Made by a program: the position numbers and the translations under genes
Assembly (NCBI GenBank): GCA_965248355.1
Contig: OZ252098.1
Location: 2,112,001-2,176,000, forward strand
Direction: 5' to 3'
DNA from: Candidatus Latescibacterota bacterium
Lineage (GTDB): Bacteria > Latescibacterota > UBA2968 > UBA8231
Length of the DNA stretch: 64,000 bases
The notes under the pieces: generated by a model
The model's input: only the letters and a program-made list of their open reading frames with translations
Told to the model about the DNA's origin: nothing
Databases searched by the model: none
Shown: one piece after another, positions 20,914 through 29,843 of the stretch
Numbering within the stretch: the stretch's first letter is position 1
Layout: the number at the start of each line of letters is the position of its first letter

Positions 20914-23379
20914 TCACATGGTTGACTGGGGGTCGACGACGACGCCCAGATCGACGCCGCAGCGGGAGGCTTCGCGGTGCATGGCCCCCAGCGCCGCCAC
21001 GGCGGTGCCGCGCAACTGACGGCCGGCCGGCCCGGCGAGCAGGACCTGCCAGCGATAGCGGCCCCGCAGGCGCGCCAGCGGCGCCGGCGCCGGGCCGAGG
21101 ACGGAGACCCCGGCCGGCCCGGTTCGCTGCAGCACTTGTGTTCCCTGCCTCGCCGCCCGGCTCACGGCCTCCTCCGATTCGCCCCGCCAGCGGAACACGA
21201 TCAGGCGTCCGAAAGGCGGGAATCCCGCCGCTCGCCGCTCGACGAGTTCCCCGTCGGCGAAGGCGTCGTAGTCCTGGCGCGCGGCCGCGAGCAGCACGGG
21301 GTCCTCGGGGAGGCGGGTCTGGATGACGACTTCGCCGGGGTTCGAGCCCCGCCCGGAGCGTCCCGCCACCTGGGTGAGCAGCTGAAAGCTGCGCTCGGCG
21401 GCGCGGAAGTCCGGCAGGTGGAAACCGGTGTCGGCGGAGATCACGCCCACGAGGGTCACCTCCGGGAAGTCGAGCCCCTTGGCCACCATCTGCGTGCCGA
21501 GGAGCACATCCGCCTCGCGGCGGCGGAAGCTTTCCACTAGGCGGTCGTGGGCGCCCTTCCACCCCGTGGTGTCCACGTCCATACGGATGACGCGGATCCC
21601 GGGAAACTGTTCCTCCAGGGCGGCTTCCACCTTCTGGGTCCCGGCGCCGGTGAGCTTGACCTCGGCGCTGCCGCAGGACGGGCACTGGCCAGGCACGGGA
21701 ATGCGGAAGTCGCAGTAGTGGCAGCGCAGACCCTCGCCGTGACGGCGGTGGTAGGTGAGGGAGACCTGGCACCGCTCGCAGGCGACGGCTTCGCCGCAGC
21801 TGGCACACTGGACGATGGGAGAGAATCCACGCCGGTTCTGCAGGAGCACGATCTGCTGGCCGCGCTCGAGCCGCTCCCGGATCTTGAGGCGCAGGGTCTT
21901 GGAGAACAGGGTCCGCTGGCGTCCCTGGAAGGGCTCTCGCCTCATGTCGACGACCTCGACCCGGGCCAGCGGCCGATCGTCGATTCGCCGCGGCAGGCTG
22001 AGGCAGGTGTACTTGCCGCTGCGGGCGTTGGACCACGACTCGAGGCTGGGCGTCGCCGAGCCGAGGATCACTGGCACCCCGGCCAGGCGGGCCCTCACGA
22101 CGGCCAGGTCGCGGCCGTGGTAGACCAGGGGCTGCTGGCTCTCCAGGTCGTCCTGGAAGTACGAGCCGTCGTGCTCCTCGTCGACGACGATGAGGCCCAG
22201 CCCCTTCACCGGGGCGAGCACGGCGGACCGGGCGCCGATGACGAGCCTGCGCTCGCCTCGCCGCAGCCGCCGCCAGGTGTCGTAGCGCTCGCCCACCGAC
22301 AACTGGCTGTGGAGGACGGCCACGGTCTCGCCGAAGTGGGCCCGGAAGCGGCGAACCATCTGCCAGGCCAGGGCGATCTCCGGCGTGAGCACGATGGCGC
22401 TGCGGCCCGAGCGCAGGACCCGCTCCACGGCGAGCAGGTAGACCAGGGTCTTGCCGCTGCCGGTGACCCCGCGCAGCAGGAGGGGCTCGAAGCGGCCGGC
22501 ATCGAGGGCGGAGTGGACGCGCCGGAGGACCTCCCTCTGGTCCGCTGTTGGCTCCGGCGTGGGGGCGGCATCCGCCACGTCGAGGTCGGCGAGGGGGTCG
22601 CGCAGGACCTCCTGCTCCACGGTCTCCGTGAGCCCCCTCCCCTGCAGCCCCTTCAGGACGGCGTAGCCGAACCCTTCCTCCAGAAGCCGGCGCTTGGCCA
22701 CGGGACCCTCTTGCAGCAGGCGTTCCAGGCAGCGGCCCTGAGCCGGGGCGCGCCGGGCCACCGCCGACAGGTCGCCCCGGGCCCGCTGCGGGTCGGCCAG
22801 GCGCACCAGCTGCCGGCGGCGGGCGCGAACGCCCCCGCCCGCCAGATGGGGCCGCATCTCGATCCGTCCGTGCTGAAGCAGTCCTCGCAGGGCGCCCTCC
22901 AGGCCCCGCTTGCCCAGCCGGCTGCGCAGAGTGGTCACCTTCAAGGGGCCGCGGGCGCTCCGCAGCTCGGTGAGCACGCGCTCCTGCACGGCATCCGGCG
23001 GCGGCGGGTCCCCGTCCGCCTCGGCCAACTGCACGGTGCGGCTGGAGGTGAGGCGCACCCCGGGGGGCAGGGCCGCGGCCAGGGCGGCGCCGACCGGCGC
23101 CAGGTAGTAGTCGGCGAGCCAGGCGCACAGGCGCACCACCTCGGCGCTGATGGGGGCCTCCGTATCGACGACCTGGGTGATGTCGCGGATGCGGCCCGGC
23201 GCCACCTCCCGGTCACCGGCCTCGTCGGCGACCACGAAGCCCGTGACCAGACGCTGCTGGACCGGCACCAGCACCACCGACCCGGGCCCGATCAGGGCGC
23301 TCAACTCCGGGGGCACGCTGTAGGTAAGCTGCCGCGAAAGGGGAGGAGGCAGGGCGACCTGCACCAGCCGGCGGTCCAT
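20914..23379 (-). CDS. priA: Primosomal protein N' (replication restart helicase)
   Basis: GVTGSGKT, PEIAL, VDEEHD, GSATPS, NRRGF, four CxxC pairs, GTQMVAKGLDFP, QVAGRSGR. Confidence 0.96.
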   Translation of the reverse strand: MDRRLVQVALPPPLSRQLTYSVPPELSALIGPGSVVLVPVQQRLVTGFVVADEAGDREVAPGRIRDITQVVDTEAPISAEVVRLCAWLADYYLAPVGAALAAALPPGVRLTSSRTVQLAEADGDPPPPDAVQERVLTELRSARGPLKVTTLRSRLGKRGLEGALRGLLQHGRIEMRPHLAGGGVRARRRQLVRLADPQRARGDLSAVARRAPAQGRCLERLLQEGPVAKRRLLEEGFGYAVLKGLQGRGLTETVEQEVLRDPLADLDVADAAPTPEPTADQREVLRRVHSALDAGRFEPLLLRGVTGSGKTLVYLLAVERVLRSGRSAIVLTPEIALAWQMVRRFRAHFGETVAVLHSQLSVGERYDTWRRLRRGERRLVIGARSAVLAPVKGLGLIVVDEEHDGSYFQDDLESQQPLVYHGRDLAVVRARLAGVPVILGSATPSLESWSNARSGKYTCLSLPRRIDDRPLARVEVVDMRREPFQGRQRTLFSKTLRLKIRERLERGQQIVLLQNRRGFSPIVQCASCGEAVACERCQVSLTYHRRHGEGLRCHYCDFRIPVPGQCPSCGSAEVKLTGAGTQKVEAALEEQFPGIRVIRMDVDTTGWKGAHDRLVESFRRREADVLLGTQMVAKGLDFPEVTLVGVISADTGFHLPDFRAAERSFQLLTQVAGRSGRGSNPGEVVIQTRLPEDPVLLAAARQDYDAFADGELVERRAAGFPPFGRLIVFRWRGESEEAVSRAARQGTQVLQRTGPAGVSVLGPAPAPLARLRGRYRWQVLLAGPAGRQLRGTAVAALGAMHREASRCGVDLGVVVDPQSTM

Positions 23380-25013
23380 CAGCGAACCCCCGGCTGGCTC
23401 GACTCCGTCCTCTCTGGGTTGAACTCGCTGACCGGGGCGATGGGCTGGAGATCCGGGCCGAGGAGCTGGTAACCGCCGGCGGAGACCCGGAACCGCAGCG
23501 TCCTGTCGGGTTTATCCAGGAGGCCCTCGCCCAGCAGTTGGCCCTGGAAGCGGAAGCGGATGTTCCGAGAGCGTCCCACGTGCACCTCGAAGAACCGTTC
23601 GGCGGTCCAGGTCCGTTGCTCGCCTCCCACGATCGTCTCCATGACACTGTCCGCACCGTCCCAGCCGACTTGTACCCAGACCGTGTCGAGCACCTCCGCC
23701 TGCAGCACCATCGGGGCAATGGCCGGGGTGTCGGCGGCCGGGGCTGCTTCGGTGGATCCTGCCGCCGGGACCTCTTCCGGAGGGCCGGCTTCCGCCAGGT
23801 CGTCTGCGGCCGCGGATTCGTCGGGACCCCCCTCGAGCGCTGTCCCGGAGATGTCCGGCGCGGCCCGGTCCCCGGGTCCGGCCTCCGCCGGCCGGCCGGC
23901 CTCGACGGGCTCCGCGGAATCGACGGGCTCCGCGGAATCGACGGGCTCCGTGGAAACAACGTCGGCCTGGTCCCAGACGGAGGGCGCCTCCCGGGAAGCG
24001 GGGGCCTCGGGAACCGGCGCCGCCTGGGGCGCGGGGTCCCCCCCGCCGCGGTTCAGCAGGTAGACGACGGCCAGCAGGACGGCGATGGCGCCGGCGAGCA
24101 CCCACTTCAGCAGGCCGCCCCCGAACACGGGCCCGCCGCCTTCGGACAGGGTCCGAGCCGGCGGTCTCCGCATGGCCTCACGCCCCCCCAGGCGCTGGGC
24201 CAGGGCGTTGCCGTCGAGGCCCAGATAGCTGCCGTAGTGGACGACGGCCAGGCGCATGTAGACGACTTCGAGGGCCTCCAGGTCCCCCTCCTCGAGGGCC
24301 TGCAGAACCTTCTCGCCGATGCCCGTACGTTGGTGAACCTGATCGAGAGACTCGCCGCGGCCCTCGCGGGCCCGACGCAACTCCTCGGCCAGAGTAAGTT
24401 CTTCGCTCATCCTGAGTCCTGAATCGAGATCGTACCCCGCCGACTGGAGGAGGAGGCAGAGCCGGGCCAGGGGCAGACCTACGACATTATAGTAACACCC
24501 CTCTACACGTTCAACGAAGCGGCCCCCCCGGCCCTGGATGGCGTAGCTGCCCGCCTTGTCGAGGGGCTCGCCGCTGCGCACGTACCCGGCGATGGCGGCC
24601 TCCGACATGGCGCACAGGCGCACGCGGGAGGTCTCGCAGGCGGTATCGATGCGCCCGGCCTCCGGACCGACGACGGCCACGCCCGTGCATACGGTGTGCT
24701 GGCGCCCGGCGAGCCAGCGCAAGGTGAGGGCCGCCTCCTCCGGGCTGCCGGGCTTGCCCACGATCCGGTCCTCGCAACAGACCACGGTGTCCGCCCCTAT
24801 GACCAGGGCCGAGCCCGGACGGCGGCCGAGGAGAGCGGCCACCGCCCGGGCCTTGGCGGTCGCCGATTCTACCACGAAGGCCGCCGGATCGCGGCCCCGG
24901 GGCGCGGGCTCCGCCACCGGGCTCGGGACCTGCTCGAAGGGGATGCGCAGCTGCCGCAGGAGATCGGCGCGCCTCGGAGAGGCGGAGGCCAGCACGATGG
25001 CGGGGTTCGCCAA
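23379..25013 (-). CDS. maf: In-frame Maf nucleotide pyrophosphatase (25013-24411) plus RodZ-like HTH/TM/DUF4115-type protein (24410-23379)
   Basis: Maf motifs IVLASASPRR, IGADTVV, GKP, GEPLDKAGSYAIQG, NVVGLP run without a stop into LRRARE..SLDQV..TGI...L.ALEEG HTH, a TM segment and a C-terminal beta domain. Confidence 0.8.
   Translation of the reverse strand: MANPAIVLASASPRRADLLRQLRIPFEQVPSPVAEPAPRGRDPAAFVVESATAKARAVAALLGRRPGSALVIGADTVVCCEDRIVGKPGSPEEAALTLRWLAGRQHTVCTGVAVVGPEAGRIDTACETSRVRLCAMSEAAIAGYVRSGEPLDKAGSYAIQGRGGRFVERVEGCYYNVVGLPLARLCLLLQSAGYDLDSGLRMSEELTLAEELRRAREGRGESLDQVHQRTGIGEKVLQALEEGDLEALEVVYMRLAVVHYGSYLGLDGNALAQRLGGREAMRRPPARTLSEGGGPVFGGGLLKWVLAGAIAVLLAVVYLLNRGGGDPAPQAAPVPEAPASREAPSVWDQADVVSTEPVDSAEPVDSAEPVEAGRPAEAGPGDRAAPDISGTALEGGPDESAAADDLAEAGPPEEVPAAGSTEAAPAADTPAIAPMVLQAEVLDTVWVQVGWDGADSVMETIVGGEQRTWTAERFFEVHVGRSRNIRFRFQGQLLGEGLLDKPDRTLRFRVSAGGYQLLGPDLQPIAPVSEFNPERTESSQPGVR
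23902..23955. repeat. 3 x 18 bp tandem repeat in the RodZ-like linker
   Basis: TCGACGGGCTCCGCGGAA x2 followed by TCGACGGGCTCCGTGGAA; encodes S(T/A)EPV(D/E) repeats. Confidence 0.9.
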
Positions 25014-25014
25014 G

Positions 25015-25473
25015 TCAGCCCTCCCCGCGGCGCGGACTCTCGACGAGGACGGTGACCGGGCCGTCGTTGGCCAGCTCGACGACCATGTGGGCGCCGAAGC
25101 GGCCGCATTCCACGCGCAGGCCGTGCTCCTGCCGCAGCCGCTCCACGAAGGCCTCGAACAGCCCCGCGGCGTCCTCCGGGGCCGCGGCTTCGGTGAAGCT
25201 CGGCCGCCGGCCCCTCCGGCAGTCGGCGTAGAGGGTGAACTGGGACACGGCCAGAATCCCTCCTTCCACCTCCAGGACGGAGCGGTTGAAGCGCCCCCCG
25301 TCATCGGGAAAGATGCGCAGGAAGGCGCACTTGTCGGCGCAGAAACGCACCTCTTCGGCGCCGTCGTCCCGGTGGATTCCGACAAGGGCGACCAGGCCGG
25401 GCCCGATCCGCCCGGAGAGCTCGCCGTCGACGGTGACCCTGCCGTGGAGCACCCGCTGCACCAGGACCCGCAC
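25015..25473 (-). CDS. dtd: D-aminoacyl-tRNA deacylase
   Basis: VRVLVQRV, LRIFPD, VSQFTLYAD, GRRPSF, FGAHM, NDGPVT; GTG start abuts the IS target TA. Confidence 0.93.
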   Translation of the reverse strand: MRVLVQRVLHGRVTVDGELSGRIGPGLVALVGIHRDDGAEEVRFCADKCAFLRIFPDDGGRFNRSVLEVEGGILAVSQFTLYADCRRGRRPSFTEAAAPEDAAGLFEAFVERLRQEHGLRVECGRFGAHMVVELANDGPVTVLVESPRRGEG

Positions 25474-25475
25474 TA

Positions 25476-26646
25476 GTGTCGCGTCCGACAAATGAGTTGT
25501 AAAAACAGAGTCAAGGCCTTATCTTCAGGCCATGGCCCGCCCGGTGTCCCGCCTTGAGTTGACCGCGTCCGAGCGACAGGAGTTGGAGCGTCGCGTCAGG
25601 GCCCCCTCCGCGTCCCAGCGCGACAGCCTGCGCGCGGCCATCGTCCTGCGCCGGGCCGAAGGGATCAAGCAGGTGCAGGTGGCCGCCGAGTTGGGCGCCA
25701 GTGTGGCGTGTGTGAACAAGTGGTCGCAACGCTTTGATCGCGAGGGTTTGGCGGGACTGAACGACGCCAAGGGCCGGGGCCGGCCGGCGAGCTTGCCGGC
25801 GGACAAGGTCGAGCAGGTCCTCACCGCGGTCACGCAGCCGCCGAAGCCGCGCACGCGCTGGAGCGTGCGCTCGATGGCCCAGGCGGCGGGGATGTCGCCG
25901 GACAGCGTGCACCGGATCTGGAAGGCCAACGACATCAAGCCCCATTTGACCAAGACCTTCAAGGTCTCCACGGACCCGCACTTCGAGGAAAAATTCTGGG
26001 ACGTGATCGGGCTCTACCTGGATCCCCCCGAGCGCGCGCTGGTGCTGTGCTGTGACGAGAAGAGCCAGTGCCAGGCGCTGGAACGGACCCAGCCGGGCTT
26101 GCCGCTGGGGATCGGCGACATCCGCACCCGGACCCACGATTACAAGCGCCACGGTACGATCACCTTGTTCGCCGCGCTCAACTACCTCGACGGCAAGCTC
26201 ATCGCGCGTCTGGAGGCGCGTCATACCCACGTCGAATGGCTCCGCTTTCTCAAGCAGATCGACCGCGAGACGCCCAAGAACCTGTCGCTGCACCTGATCG
26301 TGGACAACGCCGGCCCCCACAAGGAGGAGAGCGTGCAGCATTGGTTGTCTCGGCATCGGCGCTTCCATGTCCATTTCACCCCCACCAGTTCCTCCTGGAT
26401 GAACTTGGTCGAACGGTTCTTCGGCGAGCTGACGCAGGATGTGATTCGGGACGGCAGCTTTGCCAGCGTCGGGGAGTTGGTGCGCGACATCGAAGCCTAC
26501 TTGGCGCAGCGGAACTTGGCCCCCAAACCCTACCGCTGGAAGGCCGACGGCGAGACCATCCTGCGCAAGATCCAGCGCGCTCGGGAGACGGTGGCGGCGA
26601 CATCGGACAGCCCTTGTTGATTCTTCTTAATTCTCGGACGGGACAC
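25476..26646 (+). mobile_element. IS630-family insertion sequence (1171 bp), apparently intact
   Basis: Terminal inverted repeats GTGTCGCGTCCGACAAAT / rc GTGTCCCGTCCGAGAATT (15/18 match); TA duplicated at 25474-25475 and 26647-26648, CTAG at both junctions. Confidence 0.93.
25532..26620 (+). CDS. IS630-family DDE transposase
   Basis: N-terminal HTH, GRGRP, CCDEKSQ, HDYKRHGT, LIVDN, TPTSSSWMNLVERFF. Confidence 0.95.
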   Translation: MARPVSRLELTASERQELERRVRAPSASQRDSLRAAIVLRRAEGIKQVQVAAELGASVACVNKWSQRFDREGLAGLNDAKGRGRPASLPADKVEQVLTAVTQPPKPRTRWSVRSMAQAAGMSPDSVHRIWKANDIKPHLTKTFKVSTDPHFEEKFWDVIGLYLDPPERALVLCCDEKSQCQALERTQPGLPLGIGDIRTRTHDYKRHGTITLFAALNYLDGKLIARLEARHTHVEWLRFLKQIDRETPKNLSLHLIVDNAGPHKEESVQHWLSRHRRFHVHFTPTSSSWMNLVERFFGELTQDVIRDGSFASVGELVRDIEAYLAQRNLAPKPYRWKADGETILRKIQRARETVAATSDSPC

Positions 26647-29063
26647 TAGCCGATCCTCCTTCGCCTGCGATCGCCCCGCTCGAAGCGGATCTGGGGGATG
26701 TCCTTGAGCTGCGCCTTGAAGTAGAAGGCGCGGTCCTCGGCGAAGCGGCTGGGTTCGACGTTCAGGGTGGCCGTCCAGTCGTGGAAGGAGCGCTGCAGAG
26801 ACAGGAGCTCGGCGGTGACCCGTCCGCTGTCGAAGAAGGGGGAGCCCGGGGCCCGGAGGTCGTAGCTCAGCGAATAGTCGAGGTGCCAGACGCCGGCCAG
26901 GCGGCCTCCGACGGAGGCTCGCAGCCAGGAGCGCTCGAGGTCCCCCGCGGACCGGCGCTGGCGGGAGTAGTAGTGGCCGACCTGGAGCCGCCGGCCCGGT
27001 CCCCGCCGGATGTCCTGCTGCAGGCCGTTCTCGTATCCGAATCCCCCGCCCGCCCGGGTGGCGCCGTAGGGCTCGTAGCCGGATCTCCCGCCCGGCCCCA
27101 TGGCGCCGTAGGGAGACCCCCGCTCCTGCCCGGGATCCCGTTGGGCGCCGGCGGGGCTCGAGGTCAGGCGGAGAGTGGTATTGACCTCGAACCGGCGGAT
27201 GCGGGGCGGGATCAGTTCCTGCTCGTCGTCGTAGAACTCCGAGCGCAGGCTCAGCCGCGTGCTCAGGCGCCGGCCCGCATCCAGGTTGAGGCTGCTGACC
27301 AGGTCCGAGAGAGGCCGCCCCGGCCGGTCGAAGTCGTACGACGTGGACAGGTTCAGCTGGGCCAGGCGATGCTTCAGCTCCTCCTCCCCCTCGCCCCGGA
27401 GCAGCTTGACCCAGAACGTGTTGGAGAGCCGCAAGCGCAGACTGCGCCGGGCGCGCCAGTCGCCGGCCCGCCCGCGAAAGCCGAGGCCGCCGCTGTCGGC
27501 GCGGCTGGCGCTGAAGGTGAATCCGGCGTCCGGCTTGAGCACGTGCCGCAACGCCGTCACCGCTCCCAGGCCCGGGTGGAACAACCCGTAGAGCGTCTGT
27601 GACAGGGCCGCCGATGCCTGCAGCTGATCGCTGCGCAGGCCCACGGCGTCGCCGTCGCGCAGGTCCTGGTCGCGCCAGGCGCTGCTCACCGAGCCATTGA
27701 GATTGAGCCAGCTCACCGGGCGCTGCTGGGAGGACAGGCGCAGGTTGGCTTGGCCGCTGGTGCGCTCGGTGCGCGACCCGGAGGTGTGCCGGCGCGTGTT
27801 CCGCAGGCGGAGGCTGCCGTCGTAGAAGATGCGCGACGTCCAGCGCCGCCGGCCTGCGGCCTCGCCCCCCGGGGCCTGGAACAGGGCCCTGCGGTTCGAT
27901 CGCAGGCTGATCTCGGGCAGCACCACATCGGAGCGGCCGGAGTCCAGGTTCTTCGTCCGGCTGGCGCCGGCGCTCAGCGACCAGCCCGCCTCCCTCCAGC
28001 GCCGGTCGTAGCGGATGTTGGAGCGCAGGGTCCGCTGCAGCCGGTCGCCGAGGCCGGTGGCGTTGTTGCGCAGGAAGTCCCGGTCGCTCACGAAGGTCCC
28101 CGAGGCGCGCAGGCTCGAGGCCGGACCGAGATCCTGGCGGTGACCGCCGGACAGCCACCAGGACCAGCTGGTGCGGTCGCCCGACTGGAAGCTCTGCAGG
28201 CGGGTCTGCAGCCGGCCGTCGAAGTGGTATCGCCGGGCGTAGGCCAGGGCGCCCCGGGCGAGCCACCCCGAGCGCTGGCGCAGGTCGGCCGCCAGGGTCA
28301 GGTCCCAGTAGTCGCTGGGAGCGAAGTAGTATCCGAGATCCCGCACCTCCCACTCGGTGAGGCCGCTGCCGTACGAGACCGGCCGCCGTCCGAACCCCGG
28401 GGTGAGCACCCCCGACTGGCGGTCCTCGCGCAGGGAGAACACGTAGAAGGGAACCCAGAACAGCTTCCGCTCGGCAACGCGGAAGTAGACGGGCCGGGCG
28501 ATGGCCATGTCCCCCACCAGGACCTTGATGCGGGGGCTGTAGAAGTCGAAGTGGGGCTCCTCCTCGTCGCAGGTCGTGTACGACCCGGAGCGCACCTGGA
28601 ACTCCTCCTCCGAGCGGGTCCGGATGCGCCGGCCCGCGTAGAAGCCGTCGCCGTGACCGATGCGGCCGTCGCGGATCAGGCCCTCGCCGGACTCGGTGTC
28701 GTACACGATGGACTCCCCCGTGAGCACGTCGTCGCCGCGGGTCAGGGTGGGGATCCCGAAGGGCCGGCCGGCGCTGTCCACCCCCGCCCGGGCGACGACG
28801 ACGCGGCGGTCTCTCAGGTATACCATCTGGGCCGACTCCAGCCGGGCCCCGCGGTGCTCGACCACGGCGTGGCCGTCGAGCAGGATGGAGTCCTGCTCGA
28901 CGTAGTCCACGTAACGGTCGGCCCGGTAGACGAAGCCGCCCTCCGGCGCCCTCTGCAGCAGTTGCTGGAGGCGGGTCAGCTCCGCGTCGGGCTCCCCCGC
29001 CGCGGCGGCGGCGGCGGTGAACAGCGCCGCCACCGGGCTGCGGAGTCGGCCCCGTTTCCTCAA
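26646..29063 (-). CDS. lptD: LptD/OstA-like LPS-assembly outer-membrane protein (FCB type)
   Basis: YTTCD..EPHF motif, RQSGVLTP, GYYFAPSDYWD, beta-strand-rich C-terminus; TTG start overlaps the rlmB stop (start approximate). Confidence 0.78.
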   Translation of the reverse strand: MRKRGRLRSPVAALFTAAAAAAGEPDAELTRLQQLLQRAPEGGFVYRADRYVDYVEQDSILLDGHAVVEHRGARLESAQMVYLRDRRVVVARAGVDSAGRPFGIPTLTRGDDVLTGESIVYDTESGEGLIRDGRIGHGDGFYAGRRIRTRSEEEFQVRSGSYTTCDEEEPHFDFYSPRIKVLVGDMAIARPVYFRVAERKLFWVPFYVFSLREDRQSGVLTPGFGRRPVSYGSGLTEWEVRDLGYYFAPSDYWDLTLAADLRQRSGWLARGALAYARRYHFDGRLQTRLQSFQSGDRTSWSWWLSGGHRQDLGPASSLRASGTFVSDRDFLRNNATGLGDRLQRTLRSNIRYDRRWREAGWSLSAGASRTKNLDSGRSDVVLPEISLRSNRRALFQAPGGEAAGRRRWTSRIFYDGSLRLRNTRRHTSGSRTERTSGQANLRLSSQQRPVSWLNLNGSVSSAWRDQDLRDGDAVGLRSDQLQASAALSQTLYGLFHPGLGAVTALRHVLKPDAGFTFSASRADSGGLGFRGRAGDWRARRSLRLRLSNTFWVKLLRGEGEEELKHRLAQLNLSTSYDFDRPGRPLSDLVSSLNLDAGRRLSTRLSLRSEFYDDEQELIPPRIRRFEVNTTLRLTSSPAGAQRDPGQERGSPYGAMGPGGRSGYEPYGATRAGGGFGYENGLQQDIRRGPGRRLQVGHYYSRQRRSAGDLERSWLRASVGGRLAGVWHLDYSLSYDLRAPGSPFFDSGRVTAELLSLQRSFHDWTATLNVEPSRFAEDRAFYFKAQLKDIPQIRFERGDRRRRRIG

Positions 29064-29815
29064 GGGGTGGCGCCGCCGCCGCGCTGGCGGAAGACCTCGT
29101 ACAGGGCGATGCCGGCGGCGACCGAGGCGTTCAGCGAGCCCGCCTCCTCGCGGCCCGCCGGGATGCGGGCCAGGAAGTCGCAGCTCCGCCGGACCAGCGG
29201 CCGCAGACCTCGCCCCTCGGCGCCGACGACGAGCGCTCCGGAACCGGTGAAGTCGAGGCAGTGGAAGAGGCGGTCGCCGCCGGCGTCGAGGCCGGTGACC
29301 CACAGGCCCGCGCGGCGGGCCTCGTCGAGGGCGCTGCGCAGGTTGGCCACCCGGCAGAGCGGCAACTGCTCGGCGGCCCCGGCGGCGGCCTTGGCCGCGG
29401 CCGGGGTCAGCCCCACGCCCCCGCGGCGGGGGATGACGGCGGCGTCGGCCCCCAGGGCGTGGGCGGTCCGCAGGATGGCCCCGAGGTTGTGCGGATCCTG
29501 AATGCTGTCGAGGAAGACCAGGAAACCGCGCTCCCGCGCCCCGGACAGGACCTGCCCGAAGTCGGCGTAGGAGCGGACCCCCAGCACCGCCACGACGCCC
29601 TGGTGATTCCCCCCTCCGGCCAGGCGGTCCAGGGCAGGGCGGTCGCGCACGTCCACGGGCACCCCGAGGCGGCGGCCGCAGTCGCGGATCTCCTCCATCA
29701 CCCCGCCGTGGCCGCCGCGCGCCAGGAACAGGCGATGGACCGGGCGCTCCGACCTAAGCGCCGCGAGCACGGGGCGCCGGCCGAAAAGGACGTCCTCCGC
29801 GCAGGGGAGGCTCAC
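29060..29815 (-). CDS. rlmB: 23S rRNA (Gm2251) methyltransferase, TrmH/SpoU family
   Basis: HQGVVA, LDSIQDPHNLGAILRTA, VGAEGRGL, SLNASVAAGI. Confidence 0.9.
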   Translation of the reverse strand: MSLPCAEDVLFGRRPVLAALRSERPVHRLFLARGGHGGVMEEIRDCGRRLGVPVDVRDRPALDRLAGGGNHQGVVAVLGVRSYADFGQVLSGARERGFLVFLDSIQDPHNLGAILRTAHALGADAAVIPRRGGVGLTPAAAKAAAGAAEQLPLCRVANLRSALDEARRAGLWVTGLDAGGDRLFHCLDFTGSGALVVGAEGRGLRPLVRRSCDFLARIPAGREEAGSLNASVAAGIALYEVFRQRGGGATP

Positions 29816-29843
29816 GGCGGCGGAAGGCCGGCGCAGGGCACGG

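Noticed and set aside
25474..25491. N-terminal extension of dtd (track start 25491)
   Set aside because: The extension lies in the IS630 terminal repeat and its TA duplication; the native start is GTG at 25473
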